DNA from: Candidatus Poribacteria bacterium
Lineage (GTDB): Bacteria; Poribacteria; WGA-4E; PCPOR2b
Assembly (NCBI GenBank): GCA_965247655.1
Contig: OZ252032.1
Coordinates: forward strand, 1,477,101-1,541,100
Length of the DNA: 64,000 nt
Direction of reading: 5' to 3'
Part shown: piece by piece, positions 56,236 through 64,000 of the stretch
Position numbering within the stretch: the stretch's first letter is position 1
Layout of the letters: every line of letters begins with the position of its first letter
Notes under the pieces: model-generated
Told to the model about the DNA's origin: nothing
Seen by the model: the letters and a program-made list of their open reading frames with translations, nothing else
Databases searched by the model: none
Position numbers and translations under genes: made by a program

Positions 56236-57324
56236 TCAAAACTGAATCATTCCGCGAGCGACCTCCCCATTGAGGAGATCCTCGAATGCCTCGTTGATCT
56301 CCTCCAACTGATAGGTACGGCTAATCAGTTCATCCAATTTGAGGATTCCGGCACGATAAAGCGCAAGTAGACGGGGCATGTCATCGCGGGGACGCGCTGA
56401 ACCGTAGGTACTGGTCATGACCATTTTTTCACCGCCCAGTATGCCAGGCTCCAAAGACAGCGGTTCTTGAGATGGAACACCGATCCAGACCGCTTTCCCT
56501 CGAGGCCGTATGGCGCGTATCGCTTGTTCAAAGGTCACGTTTGCCCCAATTGCTTCAATGGCATAATCTGCTCCCAACCCATCTGTCAACGCTTGAATCT
56601 CTGGAATGGGATCGCTGTTGCTAGCGTTGAGGGTGTGAGTCGCACCAAGCTGCCGCGCCATTTCCAGTTTTGCATCCAGCAGATCTACCGCAATAACCTT
56701 CTCTGCACCCGCGATGGCTGCCCCTTGAATGGCATTCAAGCCGATGCCGCCCGCACCGAATACCACAACACTGCTCCCCGGACGCACCTGAGCCGTATTG
56801 GTTGCAGCACAAACGCCAGTCGTAACGCTACAACCGATTAGCGCAGCTTTATCTAAGGGAATCTCTTTATCAATTGGTATGGCAGATTCTTGGGGAATTA
56901 CGCTATATTCTGCGAAGGAAGCAACCCACGCAAAATGGTGGATAGGTTTGCCGTTCTTTTTGTACCGTGTCGTGCCGTCAAAGAGGCATCCACGTTCGCT
57001 CTGCCTCGCTTTCAGGCAGAGATTGGGATAGCCTTGCGTACAGTAGATGCAATACCCGCAAGAGGGCACCCACGATAAGATTACATGGTCGCCCGGTTTC
57101 ACCAAAGTAACACCCTCTCCAACCTCCTCGACAACCCCTGCCCCCTCATCTCCCAATACCGCTGGAAGCGGATAACGGATTTTGCCGGTGACCGCATGGT
57201 AGCAGCTATGACAGACACCTGTTGCGGCGACCTTGACGAGAACTTCACCTTTCTTCGGACCTTCCATCTCAATATCTTCGACAACAACCGGTTGGTTTAA
57301 TTCGTACAAGACAGCAGCTTTCAT
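56236..57324 (-). CDS. Zn-dependent alcohol dehydrogenase (MDR family)
   Basis: The catalytic-zinc region is GVCHSCYH. The structural-zinc region is CGYCIYC…C. The Rossmann motif is VVVFGAGGIGL. Confidence 0.85.
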   Translation of the reverse strand: MKAAVLYELNQPVVVEDIEMEGPKKGEVLVKVAATGVCHSCYHAVTGKIRYPLPAVLGDEGAGVVEEVGEGVTLVKPGDHVILSWVPSCGYCIYCTQGYPNLCLKARQSERGCLFDGTTRYKKNGKPIHHFAWVASFAEYSVIPQESAIPIDKEIPLDKAALIGCSVTTGVCAATNTAQVRPGSSVVVFGAGGIGLNAIQGAAIAGAEKVIAVDLLDAKLEMARQLGATHTLNASNSDPIPEIQALTDGLGADYAIEAIGANVTFEQAIRAIRPRGKAVWIGVPSQEPLSLEPGILGGEKMVMTSTYGSARPRDDMPRLLALYRAGILKLDELISRTYQLEEINEAFEDLLNGEVARGMIQF

Positions 57325-57412
57325 AATTCCTCCTTATTCTAAACAAAAGCATTCTAACGCAAAGACGCAAGGAGGCAAAGATCTTAAAATTCCCTGCGTC
57401 CTTGCTTTCAAA

Positions 57413-58312
57413 TCAAACAGCGTTGAAATCAGACAGGAACGGTTTATCACCGCAGATTGTTGTTCTGTGCATGTGCCGCGGCGTATCTTCACCATAGTCC
57501 CGAATGGCATGATGAATTGTGCAGCGGTTGTCCCAGAAGACCAAATCGTTCACCTGCCACCGGTGACGATATATGAAGGCAGGTTGCGTGATGTGCTGGA
57601 AGAGATGCTCTAGCAGCGGCTCGCTCTCTTCCTCTGTCATATCAACAAAACGCGACGTGAAACCGGGATTGATGAATAACGCCTTACGACCAGTCATCGG
57701 ATGGGTACGGACTACTGGATGCTCAACCGGTGGTGTCTTTTTTCGCGCCGATTCATTAAGCCGTGCCGTAGCTCCTCTCTTTGAGAAATAGCGTTTATCG
57801 GCATGGCCAAAGTCGTGAACCGCCCAAAGCTGCGCTAGCATCCGTTGCAACCCTACCGAAAGCGTGTCATACGCCAGATACATGTTGGCGAACATTGTGT
57901 CTCCGCCTATCTCAGGAATTTGTAGCGCGTACATCATTGACCCCATCGCCGGTACTGCTTTATAACTCAGATCCGAATGCCAATAGGTGCCTGCATATGC
58001 CCTACCCTTCGGTTTTCCATCTTCAACCACGTTGGAGATCACATAGATTTCCGGGTAGCCTTCCAGCAGTGCCTCAGAGATGACGTGCGTCTCAAGGGAA
58101 CCGAATCGATGGCTGAACGCAACGTGCTGCGCTGGCGTCAGATGCTGATTACGAAAGACAAGCACTCCATGTTCGGCAATCGCCCCCTCAAGCGTTTCAA
58201 AGATATCTGGGGGTACGGGATCCGAAAGATCAACGCCCTTTACCACCGCACCTACCGCCGGCGAGACCTTTTGGATTGAAATTGACATTTCTGCACCTCC
58301 TCTCCTTGACAA
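57413..58312 (-). CDS. TauD/TfdA-family Fe(II)/2-oxoglutarate dioxygenase
   Basis: Motifs WHSDLSY and GGDTMFANM are present. The likely start is MSISIQ at 58288. Confidence 0.8.
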   Translation of the reverse strand: MSRRGGAEMSISIQKVSPAVGAVVKGVDLSDPVPPDIFETLEGAIAEHGVLVFRNQHLTPAQHVAFSHRFGSLETHVISEALLEGYPEIYVISNVVEDGKPKGRAYAGTYWHSDLSYKAVPAMGSMMYALQIPEIGGDTMFANMYLAYDTLSVGLQRMLAQLWAVHDFGHADKRYFSKRGATARLNESARKKTPPVEHPVVRTHPMTGRKALFINPGFTSRFVDMTEEESEPLLEHLFQHITQPAFIYRHRWQVNDLVFWDNRCTIHHAIRDYGEDTPRHMHRTTICGDKPFLSDFNAV

Positions 58313-58343
58313 AAATGTGGATGTGATGTGACATTATGTAACT

Positions 58344-59516
58344 TCAAGCCCATCGGGTTTCCTGTTTTGACTGCCACGCTGCCTGACGGATATAGCCTTC
58401 TGCATCGCGCCGCACTACGGGTGGATTTGCCCGCAACGCTTCTTCATCCATTTCAATACCGATGCCAGGGGCAGTTGGCACGTCAAAATAGCCCTCCTTC
58501 TGGCGCGGGAATTCACCGACGATGACTTGATCAAACCACTGCGCGTGACCACCCTCTTGAATCATGAAGTTTGGCGTGCAGACATCCACCTGTAATGCCG
58601 CCATTGTGTTGACTGGACCGTAGGGATTGTGGGGTTGAAAGCCAACATAGTATGCCTCAGCCATCGCAGCGATCTTCTTCAACTCCGAAATCCCACCTGC
58701 ATGGCAAACATCCGGCTGAATCAGCGCCACAACCTGCTTTTCAAGAAGTTCAACGAATCCCCACTTGGTGTAGAGCCTCTCTCCGGTTGCAAGAGGAATA
58801 TTTACAGCTTCCGCCACCTTCACCATAGCATCAACATTTTGGGGTGGCACCGGTTCCTCATAGACGTATGGCCGAAACTCCTCCAACGCATTGCCGATTC
58901 GGATAGCCGACGACGGCGACAATCTCCCGTGCACTTCGACCAATAGCTCGACATCGTCTCCGACCGCCTCTCGCACCGCCTTCACTTTAGCGATAGCATC
59001 CCGCTCTGCTTCCGCACTGATGAACAGTCCCTGATGACCGAAGGGATCGCCCTTTAACGCGGTCAAACCTGTATCAACCTGACGGAGGGCATGCTCAACG
59101 GCGAGCTCAGGCGTCTCTCCATCGAAGCGACCGTATGTCCAGATTCGATCGCGCATTTGCCCGCCTAGCAGTTGCCACACCGGTGCGTTAAATGCCTTGC
59201 CCTTGATGTCCCAGAGAGCAATCTCTATCCCACTAATCGCCGCCATCTGGATCACACCACCGCGTACATTGTGATAGAGGTGATAAAGCCGTTGCCAGTG
59301 TTCCTCAATCCGAAACGGATCTTTGCCGACCAACGTCGCTCCAATCTCTTCCACAAATTGTGCAACAGCCAGTGGGCCACATGATGACTCGCCCCAACCG
59401 ACGATGCCTTCGTCCGTCGAAATTTTGACGTAGACGTAATTATTTCGTACACCTCGCATATTGGATACCGGTGAAGCACTAGGGATTGCCTCGACGCTTG
59501 TGATTTTCATTCGATA
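58344..59516 (-). CDS. D-galactonate dehydratase-like enolase-superfamily enzyme
   Basis: The sequence is MKITSVEAI…[13 protein letters not shown]…[20 protein letters not shown] (compare DgoD [20 protein letters not shown]). Confidence 0.8.
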   Translation of the reverse strand, partial: [390 protein letters not shown]

Positions 59517-59555
59517 ACCCTCCTTGTACAGCATCTTTCTAATTCGTTGGCTTTT

Positions 59556-60485
59556 TCACGTCAGTTGCAGCCAACCGTCATCTACTTTTTCAAAGCGGCG
59601 ATGCAACGCCTTAACGGTTTCCGTGGGAATCGGCAGCTGTCGTGTCACCATTTCGATGTTTGATGACAGATGCGAGGGATTGTGAGTTCCTACGATGATT
59701 GTATCGACTTCGGGTTGGGCGAGTACAAACCCTACTGCCAATAGGATGGGATTCTCAGGTGCCTGTGGCAGTGGTCCCATTTCTGCCATAATCTGTGCAC
59801 GCCGAAAGTATTCATCCGCATACGCGTAAGGGCTACGCGCTTTGCCCCACGCCCCATTAGCAACAGGTCGCTTGATAATAACCCCCATCCCCTGCGCCTC
59901 CGCCGCCTCAAACAATCCTTTGGTGCGGGCATGCTGCTCCACAAGATTAAAACTAGTTTGAAGCGTATCAAATAGTCCGCTTTCTACCGCCCAACGGGCA
60001 GCCGCGTTGTCTCCGCTGTAGCCGATAAAACGGGTTTTGCCCGCATCCCTCGCCTTCACGAGTGCTTCGATAACCTCGCCGTGTTCCAGTACATCCACAT
60101 CACAGGAGTGGAGTTGGACTATGTCTAAGTGATCTGTCTGCAGCCGACGCAAACTGCGGTCAATACTCTCGGAGACAGCCGGTCCAGTCCACGATTCGTG
60201 TTCCGTCCAAGGTATGCCTCTATCTCCGTCATCGGTGGTGTGGCCACACTTCGTTGCCAAGATGTATTCATCTCGCCGGTGAGCAACGGTCGCGCCGATG
60301 ATTTCTTCGGTTCTGCCGTAACAGGCAGCAGTGTCGAGGAAATTGATGCCGCCATCGAGTGCGGCGTTGAGCACTCGGTCTGCCTCCGCAACGATCTTGG
60401 ATCTCTCTTGGCGGGAGATCTCCGCCAACCCCAGGCCGAGGCGTGTGATTTTGAGACCTGTGTTGCCAAAATCTGTCGTTTCCAT
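59556..60485 (-). CDS. Aldo/keto reductase
   Basis: The sequence is LGLGLAEIS…INFLDTAACYG…IDIVQLH. Confidence 0.85.
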   Translation of the reverse strand: METTDFGNTGLKITRLGLGLAEISRQERSKIVAEADRVLNAALDGGINFLDTAACYGRTEEIIGATVAHRRDEYILATKCGHTTDDGDRGIPWTEHESWTGPAVSESIDRSLRRLQTDHLDIVQLHSCDVDVLEHGEVIEALVKARDAGKTRFIGYSGDNAAARWAVESGLFDTLQTSFNLVEQHARTKGLFEAAEAQGMGVIIKRPVANGAWGKARSPYAYADEYFRRAQIMAEMGPLPQAPENPILLAVGFVLAQPEVDTIIVGTHNPSHLSSNIEMVTRQLPIPTETVKALHRRFEKVDDGWLQLT

Positions 60486-60576
60486 AGTTCCCCCTGTACC
60501 TCAATGTATAGGACCTAGATGCCAAGTCAAAACTGATGGATGTTTGCTTCACCGTCACACGAACCCCGACAAGCAT

Positions 60577-61530
60577 CTAAAACCCTGATTGCTTGTCGCA
60601 CACATAGATGAACGGTTCGCCCGCGAGAAATCGCCGGAGGTTCTCCTTGAAAATCTGCCGCCGTCCTTCCCACATTTCAGCGGTCAACGCTGAAGCGTGA
60701 GGCGACAGGATAACGTTGTCTATATCCCATAATGGACTATCGGCAGGCAAAGGCTCTACCGCCATGACGTCCAATCCTGCACCAGCGATTTGTCCGGAGC
60801 GCAGCCCGTCTATCAACGCTTCCTCGTCCAAGATGCCTCCTCGTGAAATCGCTATGATGTGCGCCCCCGGCTTGAGCTGTTCGATCCGTCGGCGATCAAT
60901 CAACCCCTCTGTTTCTGGCGTGAACGGTGCGGTGATGACAAACCAGTCGGACATCTGAAGCAGTTCATCCAGTCTGTCAAGCCCCCAAACTGCTTTCACC
61001 TCTGGAGGGGTTGGCACCGACTGAGTATCAACGGCGTAGACTTCCATACCGAAGCCGTAGCCCCGCCGTGCGACTGCCATTCCAATACCACCGAGTGCGA
61101 GTATGCCCAAGGTGCTTCCACTCAGCTCCAAAACCCGTTCATCATATTTCCCGGTATCCCAATAGTGCACTTTTTGGTCCTCCCACTGTTCACGTAGACA
61201 GTGGGCAAAGGTCAATATCATACCAAACGCATGGTCAGCCATCGGGTTGGTGTGGGGGCCCCGTGCATTGGTCAGGATAACATCGCTTTCTCTTATCTCA
61301 GGTATCGATACAACCCGATCAATACCGGTCCCCGGACACTGAATCCACTGGAGTTTTTGGGCGGCGAGAAAGACCTCGCGTGACGGTTCACCGCAGTACA
61401 CATCCGCGTCCCGAATGAGTTCTATCTCTTCCTCCGGGGTTGCTGCTCGGTGAAAGGTTATGTCCGGAAAAGTGGTGCGAAGTTCATCCACAAACTGATC
61501 AGTTGCTCGACCAGACATTACAATTTTCAT
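60577..61530 (-). CDS. D-isomer-specific 2-hydroxyacid dehydrogenase (NAD-binding)
   Basis: Motifs GILALGGIGMAVARR and DVMAVEPLP are present. Confidence 0.8.
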   Translation of the reverse strand: MKIVMSGRATDQFVDELRTTFPDITFHRAATPEEEIELIRDADVYCGEPSREVFLAAQKLQWIQCPGTGIDRVVSIPEIRESDVILTNARGPHTNPMADHAFGMILTFAHCLREQWEDQKVHYWDTGKYDERVLELSGSTLGILALGGIGMAVARRGYGFGMEVYAVDTQSVPTPPEVKAVWGLDRLDELLQMSDWFVITAPFTPETEGLIDRRRIEQLKPGAHIIAISRGGILDEEALIDGLRSGQIAGAGLDVMAVEPLPADSPLWDIDNVILSPHASALTAEMWEGRRQIFKENLRRFLAGEPFIYVCDKQSGF

Positions 61531-61895
61531 TTATCATTACCTCATATTCTGAAAGATTGGGTGTTGAATATAACTATTTCAACATTTCATGCCAACAGTG
61601 TTGCACCGTGCAACGCTGACAAGAAATCGATCGTTGATTTAATTTTTTCGGGTACATATTTCTCAACTTTGCACCATATTCTAACACAAAGTTCTGTTGT
61701 CTCAACATCAAAAAATGGAGATTGATGGAAAATTATGGTGGAACCCAGATTCGGTTGAACCTGAGTGAAAGACCTGCGTCTTAAATCATATTCACCGTCA
61801 CTCCTTTTTGTTGTATTTTCTACAACAGGATTGAAGATAAACCATGGATGACAGTAGAAATTTCATGTCAAAACGCTAATACGAGGAGAAATCCA

Positions 61896-63002
61896 ATGCG
61901 TATCACCAGTATAGATCCCTTTGTTGTAAGAGTACCAACCGAAGGACGAGAAGGTCCCACAACCGGGGATTGGACTGTCGTCCTCGTCCATACAGACGTA
62001 GGCGTAACCGGTATCGGGCGTGGCGGGAGCATCGAAGTTATCTCCCAAGAACTAGCACCTGTGCTCATCGGGCAAGATCCGCGACAGACAGCACTTCTCT
62101 GGGAACGGATGTACGAAACAGTGTGGCGTTTCGGCGGCCCCGGTCATGCTGCAATGCCGTCCATCGGAGCACTTGATGTCGCTCTGTGGGATATTTACGG
62201 AAAGGCTTGTGGTCAACCTGTGTGGCGACTCTTGGGCGGATATCGGGACAAAGTCCTCGCTTATGCCGATGGCTCCGGGTACGTTGCAGAGGCAGACCAA
62301 TCCCCCGAAGCGATAGCGGCTCTGGTCAAGAAGCACGCCGACCTCGGCTATGATGCGATGAAGATACACATGTACGAAGCCAAAAGTCCGGAGGAAATTG
62401 TGGAACGGGTGCGGTGTACGCGGGAGTTGATCGGTATGGAGAAGAAGCTGATGGTAGATTTGCACCGTGGGTGGGATGGAAAGACGGCGGTAGAAATCGC
62501 TCGGCGACTTGAGCCTTACAACCTCTACTGGCTAGAGGAGCCGGTGCGCGGCGATGATGAGGCGGTCTACCTGCGTATGGTGCAGGAGGCGACCAGTGCC
62601 ATTGTTGCCGGTGGGGAGAGCGTAGGAACGCTTTACGGCATCAGGCAATTTATCACAGAGGGTGCCCTCCAACTGATACAAACAGACATCTTAATAGGGG
62701 GTGGTTTCACCGGGTTGATGCGGATTGCAGCGTTATGCCATGCGTATCACCTGCCCGTCGCCCCGCACGGCGCACAGTTCCCGGACATCAACTGTCATCT
62801 GGCTGCGGCAGTGCCTAATGGCTTAATCGTTTCTGCGTACCCCGACTGCGAACCCAACGAGATCTGGTCGAAACTATATGATCCGTCTTTCCAAGTGGTT
62901 GACGGATACATCACCATGACCGAGCAGCCGGGGTTGGGACTAACGCTGAACGAAGACTTCATCAATCAACACCGGCTTCGTGGCTCGTCAGACACAACTT
63001 GA
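61896..63002 (+). CDS. Enolase-superfamily (MR/MLE) enzyme
   Basis: An RBS GAGGAG lies upstream. Motifs …GALDVALWDIYGKACGQPVWRLLGG…MVDLH…LEEP are present. Confidence 0.8.
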   Translation: MRITSIDPFVVRVPTEGREGPTTGDWTVVLVHTDVGVTGIGRGGSIEVISQELAPVLIGQDPRQTALLWERMYETVWRFGGPGHAAMPSIGALDVALWDIYGKACGQPVWRLLGGYRDKVLAYADGSGYVAEADQSPEAIAALVKKHADLGYDAMKIHMYEAKSPEEIVERVRCTRELIGMEKKLMVDLHRGWDGKTAVEIARRLEPYNLYWLEEPVRGDDEAVYLRMVQEATSAIVAGGESVGTLYGIRQFITEGALQLIQTDILIGGGFTGLMRIAALCHAYHLPVAPHGAQFPDINCHLAAAVPNGLIVSAYPDCEPNEIWSKLYDPSFQVVDGYITMTEQPGLGLTLNEDFINQHRLRGSSDTT

Positions 63003-63057
63003 TGGGCTCATCGTAACAGCGAACTTTTGCGCCGATACCGATTAATCATGGGACAGA

Positions 63058-63101
63058 AATAAAAAAAGCCAAGCCGCATCAATAATTCGATGCGGCTTGG
63101 C
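63058..63101 (-). terminator. Rho-independent terminator, a 13-bp stem with a T-run on the minus strand
   Basis: The stem GCCAAGCCGCATC/GATGCGGCTTGGC follows A8 at 63060-63067, which is the T-run on the minus strand. Confidence 0.55.
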
Positions 63102-63109
63102 ACTGGGTA

Positions 63110-63335
63110 ATTCTCATCAACTTTATAGTACTAAACAAGGAGTAGTTGAAACTGCTTACACTCGATTCAACGAATCTGTACAAGTACAGTTTCATTAAAT
63201 TTCAAGGTTTTTCACCCGCTGCCTGAACATGGGTGATTTTTGTCAACTTCGTGAAACTATACAAGGAGTGGTTAAATCTACTGACACCAACCTTAGCGAA
63301 TTTGTACGACCAAAGTTACATCAATTTTTAAGGGT
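63110..63335 (+). repeat. Two diverged tandem copies of a ~110-bp non-coding unit, each containing ACAAGGAGTRGTT
   Basis: Unit 1 runs from ~63112 to 63222 and unit 2 from ~63230 to 63335. Conserved blocks are TCAACTT, CTATACAAGGAGT.GTT.AA, GAAT.TGTAC.A and TTT.AAGG.TT. Confidence 0.5.
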
Positions 63336-63350
63336 TTAATAACTGCTTTT

Positions 63351-63531
63351 TGACATACTCCCAAACCTAAAGGATTTGGATTCTCATCCTTTTGTGCAAT
63401 TCACGGTTCCCGTGATTACTATACATTTTGAACTTGTAGGTTTTCATCGGATTGTCTGTCTGTCTTTCATACCCGGCTTATATCCCAAAGATAAATCTTG
63501 GGGGTTTACGGGCTAAAGCCCAAATCTCTAA
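63351..63531 (-). mobile_element. Miniature, internally deleted derivative of the IS605-type TnpB element at 34308-35627. It is non-autonomous, like a palindrome-associated transposable element (PATE).
   Basis: The right-end block TGACATACTCCCAAACCTAAAGGATTTGG is joined to the first ~20 codons of tnpB (GTGCAATTCACGGTTCCCGTGATT…GTAGGTTTTCATCG). The left-end block CTTATATCCCAAAGATAAATCTTGGGGGTTTACGGGCTAAAGCCC follows. GTAA lies just beyond it. Confidence 0.6.
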
Positions 63532-63585
63532 GTAATTGAATCAGCCGCATCTTATTGGGGAATTCAGTACCAAACCTCTCTGCAC

Positions 63586-64000
63586 TTAGTAGCTCGCCTG
63601 AAGCGTCAATGACGCAACATTGTGGGTATAATTCAAAAAGTCAAAGATCTCATTATCCTCATTGGTGTCATTGCGCGTGAGTTGATAATCCGCAAGGAGC
63701 ATTAGGGAACCCCACACCTGCCAATTGATCTGGAAATTCACACCGAATTGACTATCCTTCCGTTTCTCTGCGTTTTCATTGACAAAGCCATCGGCACCCC
63801 TCACCCGGCGACCATCGAAGGTAATGCCCAATCGTGACAAACGCAGACGTGCCCAATTCTCACCGTTGATTTTGTAAAAAGCCCCAATCGCTGCTTCAAT
63901 CGTAGAGAAGTCATAGAAACCAACATTTGAGTTGCTCAGAAATAGATTCAACTCCTGCTGTAAGAGGATTCGACTCGCCGGAATTTGGATCAGTTTCGCT
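63586..64000 (-). CDS. Outer-membrane beta-barrel (porin-like) protein, C-terminal part only; the 5' part lies beyond the window end
   Basis: Hydrophilic and hydrophobic residues alternate, and the C-terminus ends in an aromatic residue (…LTLQASY*). Confidence 0.45.
   Translation of the reverse strand, partial: AKLIQIPASRILLQQELNLFLSNSNVGFYDFSTIEAAIGAFYKINGENWARLRLSRLGITFDGRRVRGADGFVNENAEKRKDSQFGVNFQINWQVWGSLMLLADYQLTRNDTNEDNEIFDFLNYTHNVASLTLQASY

Noticed and set aside
1-64000. tRNA or rRNA genes
   Set aside because: No T-psi-C-like GGTTCGAATCC-type motifs or rRNA-like conserved blocks were found by eye. This is a visual scan only, so small RNAs cannot be excluded.

Overview
This 64-kb window (~52-55% GC) comes from a bacterial chromosome; no rRNA genes, tRNA genes or CRISPR arrays were found in it. 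The first ~5.3 kb is an insertion-sequence-rich accessory patch. It holds two nested IS3-family copies, one of them running off the window start. It also holds a relic of an IS605-type TnpB 3' end, a frameshifted matrixin-like secreted metalloprotease with a T9SS/FlgD-type C-terminal domain plus an overlapping secreted partner gene, and an IS4/IS701-like element with 15-bp terminal inverted repeats. The rest is mostly metabolic. There are six Gfo/Idh/MocA oxidoreductases and six enolase-superfamily (mandelate racemase/muconate-lactonizing enzyme, MR/MLE) enzymes, including one L-rhamnonate-dehydratase-like and one D-galactonate-dehydratase-like member. Other metabolic genes are a TauD dioxygenase, a Zn-dependent alcohol dehydrogenase, an aldo/keto reductase, a 2-hydroxyacid dehydrogenase, a luciferase-like monooxygenase (LLM) with a flavin reductase, a PhyH dioxygenase, a cupin, a VOC/glyoxalase-family protein, a Rieske protein, a sugar-phosphate isomerase/epimerase (xylose-isomerase-like TIM barrel) and a sodium:solute symporter. 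Housekeeping and regulatory genes include nadA, glpK with a sigma-54 two-component pair, a Ppx/GppA exopolyphosphatase, a lytic transglycosylase with TPR repeats, and two large TPR proteins carrying HExxH motifs. Three kinds of mobile or novel signal stand out: (i) two intact IS200/IS605-family TnpB (OMEGA-type) elements, a 181-bp internally deleted miniature copy and a relic, which share terminal motifs (TGACATACTCCCA and CCCTAAAGG-loop hairpins), TTAC-like left-end flanks as in IS608, and 3' regions that could encode omega-RNA; (ii) an AT-rich (~37% GC) 1.2-kb island carrying a single gene under a consensus sigma-70 promoter, whose product has an R-x4-H (HEPN-like) motif; (iii) several unexplained non-coding repeat families: a 17-bp terminal-inverted-repeat miniature-transposon-like (MITE-like) element, a shared GC hairpin, a dispersed ~25-nt motif and a ~110-bp tandem pair. 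All protein calls rest on motifs I recognise by eye. No database search was possible.
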